NCBI RefSeq assembly: GCF_006345805.1
Contig: NC_043022.1
Coordinates: forward strand, 6,510,001-6,574,000
Direction: 5' to 3'
From: Octopus sinensis
Taxonomy: Eukaryota
DNA length: 64,000 bases
Shown here: positions 37,277 through 50,332 of the stretch, piece by piece
Numbering within the stretch: position 1 is the stretch's first letter
Layout: every line of letters begins with the position of its first letter
The notes under the pieces: model-generated
What the model saw: the letters and a program-made list of their open reading frames with translations, nothing else
Told to the model about the DNA's origin: nothing
The model's database searches: none
Program-made: the position numbers and the translations under genes

Positions 37277-37809
37277 CTGTAAAACAAAATCAAAAGTCTT
37301 GAAATGAATTCAGTGTTCTGATACATGTAAATAGGCTTCGTCTTACATTCAATCATATTTCGTGGATCTGTTATGTTATTAACACTCATCGGAAGGTGGT
37401 TATTTTCTCCACTCACCAAAGTGAATGGTTAACTTTGGCCAGGAGGAACTGATGTCATCAGACAATATCCAAAAATCATCAGAGGTTTCAACCCCTGAAC
37501 CATAACTCTCTCCCATTGCTGACCAAATCACTGCTCATTATCTTCTCCTCTTGCTCCATAAACAACAAATCTGTTTCTGCTGCACAGCAGCCCTTGGCTC
37601 TTTTCCTCTCGTTCCAATGGTTGTAAGCATTCTGCATAGCAAGCAGATTGGTGGCTTTTTTCTTTGGGATTTGTCAAATCAATGTAAACAACACCTCCAC
37701 TGAGAATTGGGAAAGTTGGAAATTGATTGAGGTCGTTCATCAGTTTTCTCAATCTATGGAGAAACAGCTAAATTAGCCTTGTTCATAGATCTTCCTAACT
37801 TGGCTAATA

Positions 37810-38162
37810 TGAATCGAAATCGATCAATGGAAATTGCAGAAGTGTTACCAGTGCAGGTGGCATGTAAGAGAACCTTCCGTTTCGTGACCGTTGCCAGCGC
37901 CGCCCCGACTGGCCTCGTGCCGGTGGCACGTAAAAAGCACCATCCGTTAGTGGCCGTTTGCCAGCTCTGTCTGGCACCTGTGCGGGTGGCACGTAAAAAG
38001 CACCCACTACACTCACAGAGTGGTTGGCGTTAGGAAGGGCATCCAGCCGTAGAAACACTGCCAGATTTGACTGGGCCTGATGAAGCCTTCCGGCTTCACA
38101 GACCCCAGTAGAACCGTCCAACCCATGCTAGCATGGAAAGCGGACACTAAATGATGATGATA
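37810..38162 (+). mobile_element. SINE family 3
   Basis: Family core and tail. Confidence 0.75.
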
Positions 38163-38830
38163 ATGACATACAGGCACACACATTTATGGACAAGCAAATA
38201 TGCATACACTCACACACACATATACATATGTTTGTGCAGAGATGGCAAATAAGATTCCCTACGTTTAGAAGATCCTGGTGCTCTCACACCCGAGAATGCA
38301 ATTTGTATTGACCCCAGAAATTTCACCTGTTTCTCTCGGGATCATACCAACAGGGTAGAGAGGGTCTTTCAAGGATTATACAAGCCTTCCTGATTTTTTA
38401 ATTTAGGAACCAAACAATTTTTAACTCATCTCTCTGAAATTACATGAAATATTTCAAAAGTGGTGAGAAAGAATTTTCAGATGCTGGGCCTCACTGAGGA
38501 TGTGGCAATTTGCTGTACTTGATGAGACATTTTGTCAAGCTAAGTAAAACTGCTGTCATCCATAGATACAGGCTTGTTGTTTTAAAACCACCAGCACCTC
38601 TGTAAAGTGGTTGGCATTAGAAAGGGCATCTAGCCATAGAAACCATCCCACGACAGACAATTGGAGTCTGGACAGCTCCCTGTCAAACCATCTAACCCAT
38701 GCCAGCATGGAAAGCGGACGTTAAGTGATGATGCACAAGGCCAGTAAACTAGGAGAGGTCAGGGGTTAGTCACTAACACCGACTCTCATACTTCACTAGA
38801 ACTGTACTACATCAGGCCTGAAACGATGGA

Positions 38831-39112
38831 ATCATCATCATCATCATCGTTTAACGTCCGTTCTCCATGCTAGCATGGGTTGGACGGTTCAACCGGGGAT
38901 CCGGGAAGCCAGAAGGCTGCACCAGGCTCTGGTCTTATCTGGCAATGTTTCTACAGCTGGATGCCCTTCCTAACGCCAACCACTCCGTGAGTGTAGTGGG
39001 TGCTTTTTACGTGCCACCTGCACTGGTGCCAGGCGAGGCTGGCATCGGCCACGGTCAGATTGGTGCATTTTACGTGCCACCTGCACGGAAGCCAGTCAAG
39101 GCGGCACTGGCT
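38831..39112 (-). mobile_element. SINE family 3
   Basis: Family core and tail. Confidence 0.75.
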
Positions 39113-39444
39113 TATGTTGATAAAATGAAGTCCCAGTCAAATAGCGAGGTCACTGGTTCAAGTCCCCTGCGTCACTCAGCAATGTCCGACACACTAAGTC
39201 ACTGACTTTGGCCAGGGCAAACAACATGTTGAACCCTTTAGCAATCAGATTACTCTGTCAAATATAAAGCTTATTTATTCACACTGTTGTAGTTAATGAT
39301 ATGATTGCTTGTTTTTAAAATGACATGAGTAGGGGTCAGACAAAATACGAGCAAAATATGTAATCGGTAGAAGTTATATATCTTCATGATTTGAGTACTA
39401 ATTTCCTGTCTAAATATAAATATCAATGGAAATAGTAGTTGTGA

Positions 39445-40008
39445 TACCTGTGCCAGTGGCACATAAAAAGCACCATCCGGACGTGGCCGTTGCCAGCACA
39501 ACCTTGACTGGCTTCTGTGCCAGTGGCACATAAAAAGCACCATCCGAACATGGCTAATGCCAGCGCCGCCATGACTGGCTTCTGTGCCGGTGGCACATAA
39601 AAAGCGCGGCCCCAACTGGCTCCTGTGCCAGTGGCACATAAAAAGCACCATCCAAACGTGGCCAATGCCAGTGCCGCCCCGACTGGCTTCTGTGCCGGTG
39701 GCACATAAAAAGCACCATCCAAACGTGGCCGTTGCCAGCGCCGCATTAGCTGGCTTCCGTGCCGGTGGAACGTTAAAAGCTCCAACCGATCGTGGCCGAT
39801 GCCTGACCCCCGGCACCTGTGCAGGTGGCACGTAAAAAGCACCCACTACACTCGCGGAGTGGTTGGCGTTAGGAAGGGCATCCAGCTGTAGAAACTCTGC
39901 CAGGTCAGACTGGAGCCTGTTGCAGCCCATGGCTTCCCAGACCCCGGTCGAACCGTCCAACCCGTGCTAGCGCGGAAAACGGACGTTAAACGATGATGAT
40001 GATGATGA
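39445..40008 (+). mobile_element. SINE family 3 with expanded internal ~60-bp units
   Basis: Repeated GTGGCACATAAAAAGCACCATCC units followed by family core and (GAT)n. Confidence 0.75.
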
Positions 40009-40794
40009 TCACCAAACCTACCAACCCATTAACATTCAGATTAATCTTACCAAATCTAATGCTTATTTATTCACAAGGTTTTGAATTAATCATGGATTAT
40101 CTCTTAGCTTTGAGATTTCAATGATGTGATTATTTTTAGAATGACATTGTAGAGCAGGTGCAAGCAGTAGGATCTGGCCAGTTTGAACATAAAACAGGAA
40201 GAATATTTGGGGCCGGATATAGTCGATTCAACCCTTTAGCATCCAGATTAATCTGTCAAATGTAATCCTTATTTAATCACATTGTTTTCAATTAATCATG
40301 GATTATCTCATAGCTTTGAGATTTCGGTTACGTGATTATTTATTTTTAGAGTGGCATTGCAAGGTTGGTGTGAGAGGCCCGATCCAGCCAGTTTAAATGC
40401 TAAAGGAATAATGTGTGTGTGTGTGTGCCAGTGGCACATAAAAAGTAGCCAGCACACTGTAAAGTGGTTGGTGTTAGGAAGGGCATCAAGCCACAGAAAC
40501 CATGCCGGATCAAACAGTTGGGAGTCTGGACTGCCCCTGGCTGGCCAACTTGTCAAACCTGTCAACCTATGCAAGCATGGAAAACGGACATTAGACAATG
40601 ATGATGATGATGATGATGATATACATGTAAGCTTACGAAAAGGGCTGGTTTAGCAATTACTTTGTAGATTGAACAAATGACAATCCATCTCAATCAATTT
40701 TCAAACCATAAATGATTCTCATCAGAGGTGTTGTCTCCATCAATTTGACCAATCCCAGAGACACATGTAGCCAATCCATTTATATATTCAACCA

Positions 40795-41022
40795 CAGGAG
40801 CAGGGACAGCCGAGGAGGGACGGATTCGGTCAGCAGAGCAGAAACGCCAGATGCGGAAAGCCAGAGCCGCCTGCACCAGTAGCACGGCCCCCTACCCACT
40901 TCTGCCCCACCTGTGGGAGGGGCTTCCTTGCCCGGATTGGCCTCACCAGCCACCTCCGGTCTCATAGCGGCAGTTCCACCAGATGATGTCAGTGGTCATC
41001 TTCGAACCCGAAGGACGAACAT
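40795..41022 (+). mobile_element. 5'-truncated RTE LINE with 12-bp target-site duplication
   Basis: Encodes AEQKRQMRKARAA...(frameshift)THFCPTCGRGFLARIGLTSHLRSH, the RTE C-terminal C2H2 finger; 3' UTR GGTCATCTTCGAA...GAAGGACGAAC; TATATTCAACCA at 40783-40794 and 41023-41034. Confidence 0.85.
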
Positions 41023-41278
41023 TATATTCAACCATTCCAGGAGCTGCAGAAATCTGGGGTTACTAATTTGCATACCGTGTCAGCACATTACTTTAAATAT
41101 CAGGGGCCTGTCAATAGGGATCTCAGTCGACAGAGTAGCAAGGTATGACATAATATCTGCAACTTATATAAACAGGGCTGACTCGGCTGTTTCTGTTGAA
41201 CCCTTTAGCATTCAGATTACTCTGTCAAATGTAGTTGGTTCCCACTGTTTTGAATTAATTATGCATGTGGCAGGGTGG

Positions 41279-42012
41279 AGGCGCAGACGTGGCTGTGTGG
41301 TAAGAAGCTTGCTTCCCAACCATAGTTCTGGGTTCAGTCCCACTGCATGGCGCCTTGGGCAAAGGCCAACCAAAGCCTTGTGAGTAGATGTACTAGACAG
41401 AAACTGAAAAAAGCCAGTCGTATATATATATATGTGTTTGCGTGTCTGTGTCTGTCCCCCCACCTTTGTTTGACAACCGATGCTGGAGTGTTTGCGTCCC
41501 ATAACTTAGTGGTTTGCCAAAATGAGACCAATAGAATAAGTACTAGTTTTACAAAGAATAAGTCCAGGGGTTGATTCGTTCAACTTAAGGCAGTGCTCCA
41601 GCATGGCCACAGTCGAATGTGTTTGCGTGTCTGTGTCTGTTCCCCACCACCTTTGTTTGACAACCGATGCTGGAGTGTTTGCGTCCCATAACTTAGTGGT
41701 TTGGCAAAAAGAGACCAATAGAATAAGTACTAGTTTTACAAAGAATAAGTCCAGGGGTCGATTCGTTCAACTTAGGGCAGTGCTCCAGCATGGCCACAGT
41801 CGAATGTGTTTGCGTGTCTGTGTCTGTTCCCCACCACCTTTGTTTGACAACTGATGCTGGAGTGTTTGCGTCCCATAACTTAGTGGTTTGGCAAAAAGAG
41901 ACCAATAGAATAAGTACTAATTTTACAAAGAATAAGTCCAGGGGTCGATTCGTTCAACTTAGGGCAGTGCTCCAGCATGGCCACAGTCGAATGACTGAAA
42001 CAAATAAAAGAA
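41279..42012 (+). repeat. SINE family 1 with its 3' half triplicated (185-187-bp units)
   Basis: Units ATGTGTTTGCGTGTCTG at about 41432, 41617 and 41804. Confidence 0.85.
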
Positions 42013-42866
42013 TATCTTGTAGCGTATGATTCTTTGAATGACACTGTAGGGCTGGTGTAAGAGGCCAGATGAGGCCAGTTTGAACATAAAATTGTAAATG
42101 TTAAAGTCCTAAGAGAAAACAAATATTTTCATGAAGATGATGATGATGATGATGATGATGACCAATGTATAAATAGTCGGGCCACAAAGAAAACTGGAAG
42201 TTTCAGAAATATTCTGTTTAATATTTTTACCAATTGATCAGATTTTTTGTTTGTTTTATCTTTTTTTTTTGTGGATCTAAAACATTCAGCAGAATCAAAA
42301 ATAAAAAAAAAAAAAATTCAAAGATTTACAAGAAAGAAGATTTTTTTTTAAAAATTCAAAGTGAAAACAAATTACAAGTGTTTATACACACACACAACAC
42401 ACACACACACACACGCGTGTGCATGCGTATATATTTATATATATATACGCGCACACACACATACACACACGTATACACACACACGTGTGTATACAAATAT
42501 ATGTAGTTTTACATGTATATTTGTATATGTTTATAATGATACCCACACGTATATACACGCATAAATAGGTAGACTCACATACCTGTGCATCTGTGTGCAT
42601 GTATACGCATAGATACATACACATACATGCACACATACATGTACATATATTTCAACACACACCCACACACAGACTCACACATATTTCATATTTCAAATGT
42701 GCACAAATGCATGTGAATGCACACACACAAACACATCAACATACATGTGTATATATATAATATATATAGACACTACTATGCACACACACAGACACACACA
42801 CACACTGAAAACTTATTTTAAAGAAAAAATTTCATTTAATAATAATAATAATAATAATAATGTGCT

Positions 42867-44580
42867 TCAGTTGCTTTCTGCTGGGACTATGGCTGGGTTC
42901 TGAGTTATCTTGCGTTTAAAATATCGTTCCTGTGCATCGAGGAGGGACTGGCCAACCGTGTGCTTGGCATATTTGGGGGGAATGTCACTTTTGGAGTCAG
43001 ATTTCTCTTTAGCAATGTCACTGTTCACTTTTGACTCACTAATTGGAGGGGGTGAGGGCAGGCGTGGCGGGGGGGAGCAACGAGCAGATGGAAGTGGTGG
43101 GGGAGAGGGAGAGGAAGAGACTGGTGGGGCAGGCAGGCAGGGCTGCAGCTGCTCGGGTACAATTGGGGGTGTGTCTAAATCGATAACCTCAGGGGTCTTG
43201 CTTTCTTTCTCTTTGTCATGATTGCGATGGTGGGGGTGGTGATCGCTGCTGCCGCTCCCGCCACCATCGCAGCTGTTATTATTATTATTACCCTGGTCGT
43301 CATCATCATGATTGTAATCGCGAGAACGGTGATCACGGGTATTGTCTTCACCATCGTCATCACCACCATCAGACGATGACGACGATGATGATGATGCGTT
43401 AATAGGTATGACCTTCACAGGGGTCCTGGATTTTCGTTTATCTCCCATTCTATGTTGCCTTTCATTAATGCTCACACGGGGCAGTTCTTTCTCTGCCGAT
43501 CGCTTCCGATCCCTAGATGATGGTCTTCCACTGTGCCTGTCCTCAGAGTGACCCCTGGCACTGGTGTGGCTTGAAGTTGATGGCTTGTGAGATGATGGTC
43601 GACTGCGTTCATTCCTGTCTGACCTGTCTCTAGACCTGGAGCGAGATCTCCTGTCGTATCTTTTCTCTCTCGAATGTGAACGAGATTTCCTCTCATACCG
43701 GTTGAACCTGCCTCTGTTGCGAGATCTAGATCGAGACCTTCGATTGTATCTGTCAAACCGGTTTCGATCCCTTGACCGAGACCGAGATCTGCGGTTGTAT
43801 CGAATGAACCGAGGTCTGTTTCTGAAGTTGAAGTAAGGCTTCCTTTTAAATCGGTCAAATCGCCCACGATCTCTGGAACGGGATATGGAACGCCTGTCTC
43901 TAGACCGTGACCTCTTGTCCCTAGATCGCGACCGTTTGTCTCTTGATCGAGACCGTCTGTCTCTGGAGCGAGACCGCCTGTCTCTTGATCGGGATTTTCT
44001 GTCCCGTGAGTGAGATCGTGATGATTTTCTATCCCGATAATCCCTTCGGCGTACACGGTCATCTCTGGATCTTGACCGAGAGAATCTATCTCGACCTGAA
44101 GTCTCTGACTTCTTATGTTGTGGCCTGCGGTCCTCAGATTTCGAACGAGAACGAGAGCGAGACTTTGATTTGGAGTGATGGTTACTGCGACCATAGCCTC
44201 TTTCGTCGGTGTGCCTCGAGCGACTCACGGGACTTGATCTTGTGACAGGGGTAGACTTCTTACGCTTCCGCCTGTCGTCATCACTCTGCGAGTCATCCGA
44301 ATCTGAATACTGATTCCTCTGACTCGTAAAACTGCTGTGTTTCTTGCTTCCGGAAAGCTCCGGCTTCTGTTTATCAGCAGATTTACCCCAGCGACTTCCT
44401 TTGCTTTCTTTTCTCTCCTTAGCACTGTCTGATGACGATGACGATGACGAAGAAGACGAAGAGGATCTCCGTTTCGACACTTTTTCAGCTTTGGTCACAC
44501 TCGGATGATGTCGGTCTCCGTCATGGCTGCTAACTTTCATCTCAACATCTTCAACTTTCAAAAGATTCTTCTTTTCTGCC
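42867..44580 (-). CDS. NSRP1: NSRP1 terminal coding exon (RS-rich region and conserved C-terminal motif)
   Basis: Acceptor tctatttcag, phase 2; 1714 nt to TGA; RSRSRDR repeats; KYAKHTVGQSLLDAQERYFKRK resembles the human NSRP1 end KFAKRNNEETVMSARDRYLARQ. Confidence 0.9.
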
Positions 44581-45426
44581 CTGAAATAGAAAACAAAACA
44601 GAAATAAGACTAATTAATAAAACACATAATGATGTTCGTTAACTACAATAAATACAAACAAAACAATTCTAAATCTAACAATTCAACAGACCAAAACCTC
44701 TCCCTAAACCTGCCGACTGCATCAACCAACACCTTTGTAACATTTTTACTTGTTTCAGTGGGGACAAACACCCACACACATTCACGGTGGGCTTTTAAAA
44801 ATTTTTGTCAACCAAATTCACTGAAGCTTCAGTTGGTCTGGGGCTATAGTAGAAGATGTTTGCCCAAGGTGCCACACAGTGAGACTGAACCCAGAACCAT
44901 GTGATCGAGAAGCCAACTTCTTACCACACAGCCATGCCTGGCCATGGATGAAGACAATGCACAATAGAAAGGAGGACTGACAGCCAACCTGTAACACTCC
45001 GTTACACCAAGGAGGGAACAGAGACTGCTGGTGAAAAGGGACAGTTGTGGATAGCCTCCTTGGTGTCCTCCATCTCTGCTGTAAAGTGGCCGGTGAAGGG
45101 AAGCGCATCCAGTCATAGAAACCATATCAAAACCATGCATAAGGGTTAGCCAGTTCCTCTCTCTTACCTCATTTACCAGATCATGAAGGGCTGCCAGGGA
45201 CGGTGAGATAGTGGGAACCCACTCTCATCTCTGGCCAGCATAGGAAAACAGGTCTAAACTGAAGAGATTGCTGAGTAAACGAGCATCGCAGCCAGTTACT
45301 GCTAGACCTCACCACTTATGAGAGTCTTTGGAAGCTGTCTGTATGCGACGTACGCTACGTCCTGTCCCATATCCAGAAATTTCACTGAATAAGAAAGTTT
45401 TCTCAAAGACAAATTTGCTAAAGAAA

Positions 45427-45768
45427 GGCCGAAGCCAGTGCCGCCTCGACTGGCTTCCGTGCAGGTGGCACGTAAAATGCACCAATCCAACTGTGGCTGA
45501 TGCCAGCCTCGCCTGGCACCAGTGCAGGTGGCACGTAAAATGCACCAATCTGATCGTGGCCATTGCCAGCCTCGCCTGGCACCAGTGCAGGTGGCATGTA
45601 AAAAGCACCCACTACACTCACGGAGTGGTTGGCGTTAGGAAGGGCATCCAGCTGTAGAAACATTGCCAGATAAGACCGGAGCCTGGCGCAGCCTTCTGGC
45701 TTCCCAGATCCCCGGTCGAACCGTCCAACCCATGCTAGCATGGAGAACGGACGTTAAACGATGATGAT
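45427..45768 (+). mobile_element. SINE family 3
   Basis: Family core and tail. Confidence 0.75.
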
Positions 45769-45886
45769 AGAGATTATTATATTTGCATTTTTTTTTATTA
45801 AAAAGAACAATGATAAAAGATTTGATAAAAGCATTAAAAAAGTGTGTTGAGGTCATTTAAAATGAAATTTCTTACAGCAAATATAT

Positions 45887-46284
45887 ACTCTTTACTTGTT
45901 TCAATCATTTGACTGCAGCCATGCTGGAGCACAGCCTTTAGTCGAGCAAATCGACCCCGGGACTTATTCTTTGTAAGCCCAGTACTTATTCTATCGGTCT
46001 CTTATGCCGAACTCCTAAGTAACGGGGACGTAAACACACCAGCATCGGTTGTCAAGCAATGCTAGGGGGACAAGCACAGACACACACACACACACATGCA
46101 TATATATATATACATATATACGACGGGCTTCTTTCAGTTTCCGTCTACCAAATCCACTCACAAGGCATTGGTCGGCCCGGGGCTATAGCAGAAGACACTT
46201 GCCCAAGATGCCACGCAGTGGGACTGAACCCGGAACCATGTGGTTGGTTAGCAAGCTACTTACCACACAGCCACTCCTACGCCT
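45887..46284 (-). mobile_element. tRNA-derived SINE family 1
   Basis: Family consensus match. Confidence 0.8.
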
Positions 46285-46895
46285 ATATGGCAAAATTTCC
46301 TATAACTGTCCTGTTCGTACAGTATGAATGGAGTATGGACCACTGTTTATACTGTCTGTGTGTTAAAATGTACTGTATTGCAAGAATATGTGCATCTGTC
46401 CTGTAACTGTGGAGTATTGGACCAAGTGTAGAAAAAGTAGGGTAAAGATCTTTCCCAAGACTCATAGGGCTGGGTTCCTGGTTTCTGTGGAGTGTGTATA
46501 TTCCCCCCACCTGGATAGGACACCAGTCCATTACAGAGTAACTCATTTTTGCCAGTTGAGTAGATCAGAGCAACATGTAATGAAGTGTTTAGCTCAAGGA
46601 CACAATGCGTTGCCTGGAATTGAAACCACAATCTTACAATAATGAATCTAACACCCCTGACCACTAAGCCATGCACCCACCCCACCACCACAGACAGGAT
46701 GTTGGTGACACTCTGTTAACAAAAGACCTTTGTCATTTACTTATTTATCAATGACAGTGACACAATTGTTACAGTGTGGGATCAAATACCTGGTGGTAGT
46801 TGATTAATGTTACAAGCACAAATCTACTTTGATTCATTCTTGGAGCAGTGAATGTGAAAGAAATAGATACTTCTTCAATAGTGGGGTAAAGCCTC

Positions 46896-47165
46896 AACTG
46901 GCTTCCGTGCCGGTGGCACATAAAATACACCAATCCGACCGTGGCCGTTGCCAGCCTCGCCTGGCACCTGTGCGGGTGGCACGTAAAAAGCACCCACCAC
47001 ACTCACGGAGTGGTTGGCGTTAGGAAGGGCATCCAGCTGTAGAAACATTGCCAGATAAGACTGGAGCCTGGTGCAGCCTTCTGGCTTCCCAGATCCCCGG
47101 TCGAACCGTCCAACCCATGCAAGCATGGAGAACGGACGTTAAACGATGATGATGATGATGATGAT
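46896..47165 (+). mobile_element. SINE family 3
   Basis: Family core and tail. Confidence 0.75.
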
Positions 47166-47199
47166 TCTCAAAGTAGAATTAATCCAATCATCAACTTAC

Positions 47200-47250
47200 A
47201 ATCCTTCCTCGACATCCTCTGGTTCCTGTTTTACCATTGTTGGCTTCTTA
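47200..47250 (-). CDS. NSRP1: NSRP1 small 51-nt exon
   Basis: Acceptor ttttgttttcttgcag, donor TT|gtaagt; phase 2-2; (S)KKPTMVKQEPEDVEEG(L) open and in frame. Confidence 0.7.
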
Positions 47251-47366
47251 CTGCAAGAAAACAAAAACAAAGGTAAATATTGTTCCTGATAAGAACAGAG
47301 TCTAAAGGTAAGACCAGACAACCAAGGTTAGTGGTTCACATCTGGTTACCAGCAATGCCATGTCCA

Positions 47367-47744
47367 CGTTTCCCTGGGCATGGATTGACTGAAGCTCCGG
47401 CGTCTGGTGACGGACTTGGTAAACACCCACAAAGTTATCAACCACCTCACCAACAACAACACTGAACACCTTTTTGATCTCCATGTGTCCAACACACGTG
47501 GACATGCCTACAAAGTCAGAAAACAACACAGCTCCCATGACTTTCGGAAACATTTTTTCACGCTCAGAGTTGCTGAAGCATGGAACAAACTGCCTGCGTC
47601 AGTTGTTGACTGCCATGACACTGCATCCTTTAAGGCCCTCATGCTTTCCGAAATCCGCCGAAACTACACCTGATTATACATACACTTTAGATGAGTTGTA
47701 GTGCACCTGAGCACTGTACACAATTATTATTATTATTATTATTA
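47367..47744 (+). mobile_element. CR1 3' end (subfamily A)
   Basis: HKVINHLTNNNTEHLFDLHVSNTRGHAYKVRKQ...; (TTA)n tail. Confidence 0.8.
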
Positions 47745-47957
47745 TATATTATTATCCTTTGAACTTTTAGGATCTAAACTGGCCACACCCAACCCAAAAT
47801 ATTCCACCTGTTTTATATCCAAACTAACCAGATCTGGCATCTCACACTTTGTCATTCAAAGAAAACTAAACAATTTCATCATTGAAATCTCAAAGCTAAG
47901 AGATGATCTAAAATTAATTGAAAACAATGGAAATAAATAAGGATTACTGGCTTCTGG

Positions 47958-48292
47958 CCGACTGGCTTCTGTGCCGGTGGCACATAAAAAGCACCATCCA
48001 AACGTGGCCGTTGCCAGCGCCGCCCCGACTGGCTTCCGTGCCGGTGGCACGTTAAAAGCTCCAACCGATCGTAGCTGATGCCGGACCCTCCTGGCACCTG
48101 TGCAGGTGGCACGTAAAAAGCACCCACTACACTCGTGGAGTGGTTGGCGTTAGGAAGGGCATCCAGCTGTAGAAACACTGCCAGATAAGACTGGAGCCTG
48201 GTGCAGCCCCTGGCTTCCCAGACCCCGGTCGAACCGTCCAACCCGTGCTAGCGCGGAAAACGGACGTTAAACGATGATGATGATGATGATGA
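47958..48292 (+). mobile_element. SINE family 3, nested in an older MITE-A relative
   Basis: Family core and tail; MITE-like sequence on both sides. Confidence 0.7.
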
Positions 48293-49011
48293 TTACATTT
48301 GTTAGAGTAATCTGAATGTTAAAGGGATCAGCCATATCCTGCCCCATATATTCTAAACAAGTCAGATTCTGCCTCTCACACATACCCTAACAGCGTTTCT
48401 CAAATGGGGTCCCCCAGAACCCTAGTGATCCACAAGAAAGAGTGAGCTAAGCTAATTTCATGATTGTAATGTTACTATACATGCACAACCTATTATTGGT
48501 TATTTTGTAATATAGACATCATCCTATCTCATCTATCATCATCATCATCGTTTAACGTCCACTTTCCATGCTAGCATGGGTTGGACGATTTTGACTGAGG
48601 GCTGGCGAGCCAGATGGCTGCACCAGGCTCCAATCTTGATCTGGCAGAGTTTCTACAGCTGGATGCCCTTCCTAACACCAACCACTCCGAGAGTGTAGTG
48701 GGTGCTTTTTACGTGCCACCGTATCATGTTATCAAAATACTATAACAACCACATATATATACATACATACACATGATATTTACCACATGAACTACAATGA
48801 AAATATATAAGAAAGATATGGTATATAATATTTTTTGTGCAGCGGTTCCTTGAGACATGTAATTTATTTCAAGGGTTATGCAAGGGTAAAAAAGTTGAGA
48901 AACACTGCCCTAGAATGTCATTTTAAAAATAAACAATCACGTCATTGAAATCTTGAAGCTATGAGATGATACATAATTAATTGCAAACAAATGTGAATAA
49001 ATAAGCATTAT

Positions 49012-49175
49012 AGGCGCAGGAGTGGCTGTGTGGTAAGTAGCTTGCTAACCAGCCACATGGTTCTGGGTTCAGTCCCACTGCGTGGCATCTTGGGCAAGTG
49101 TCTTCTGCTATAGCCCCGGGCTGACCAATGCCTTGTGAGTGGATTTGGTAGACGGAAACTGAAAGAAGCCTGTCG

Positions 49176-49210
<35 letters not shown>

Positions 49211-49423
49211 ATGTGTTTGTGTGTTTGTCCCCCTAGTATTGCTTGACAACCGATGCTGGTGTGTTTACGGCCCCGTTACTTAGCGGTTCGGCAAAAGAGA
49301 CCGATAGAATAAGTACTGGACTTACAAAGAATAAGTACCGGGGTCGATTTGCTCGACTAAAAGGTGGTGCTCCAGCATGGCCGCAGTCAAATGACTGAAA
49401 CAAGTAAAAGAGTAAAAGAGAGT
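49012..49423 (+). mobile_element. tRNA-derived SINE family 1
   Basis: Full-length copy. Confidence 0.8.
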
Positions 49424-49644
49424 AACATATGACGGAATAACCTGAATGTTAACAGGTTAAAACTTGTTTTTGTTTAAGATTTCAAATTGTATCAACAATT
49501 CTTTAGAAACGTCAATGATGTTGAAAAGCCAATTCCGTAGTTTATCTTTTACAAAGTCGGTGAATCTTGTAACAATAAGCCTTTAACAAATATTCTTTAT
49601 ATGGTTCGAGTTGTAGATTTTTCTGAATTTGTTACCTTTGACAT

Positions 49645-49845
49645 ACTCTCTTTACTCTTTTCCTCGTTTCAGTCATTTGACTGCGCCCATGCTGGAGCAC
49701 CGCCTTTAGTCGAGCAACTTGACTCCAGGACTTATTCTTTGTAAGCCCAGTACTTATTCTATCAGTCTCTTTTGCCGAACCGCTAAGTGACGGGGACGTA
49801 AACACACCAGCATCAGTTGTCAAGCAATGCTAGGGGGACAAACAG

Positions 49846-49894
<49 letters not shown>

Positions 49895-50061
49895 TACGAC
49901 AGGCTTCTTTCAGTTTCCATCTACCAAATCCACTCACAAGGCATTGGTCGGCCCGGGGCTATAGCAGAAGACACTTGCCCAAGATTCCACGCAGTGGGAC
50001 TGAACCCGCGGCCCATGTGGTTGGTTAGCAAGCTACTTACCACACAGCCACTCCTGCGCCT
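49645..50061 (-). mobile_element. tRNA-derived SINE family 1
   Basis: Full-length copy, inverted relative to 49012-49423. Confidence 0.8.
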
Positions 50062-50332
50062 ATGTGGTGTGACAAGGATTTTCATAAAATCCAACACTTT
50101 AGAAAGCAAATGGATCATCTTTTTATCACATATCACATACTGAGGGTTAGTTTTCCCTTATAAGATTCTAATATTGGTCAGTTTTGGCAAATTATCACAC
50201 TTAAATGTCACATTTCTATAAAAATCCTCTTTTCAAAAGACAAAATTTTTCTGTTCACCAAACAAAAAAATTTTCTCTCAAAATGATAGAAGTCTAACTA
50301 CATCTGTTCTTGCATCCATTTTCAGTGGTATG

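Noticed and set aside
38078-38100. CTGATGA followed by the hairpin AGCC-ttcc-GGCT (also near 63198)
   Set aside because: No GAAA follows the hairpin; it is part of the SINE family 3 body.
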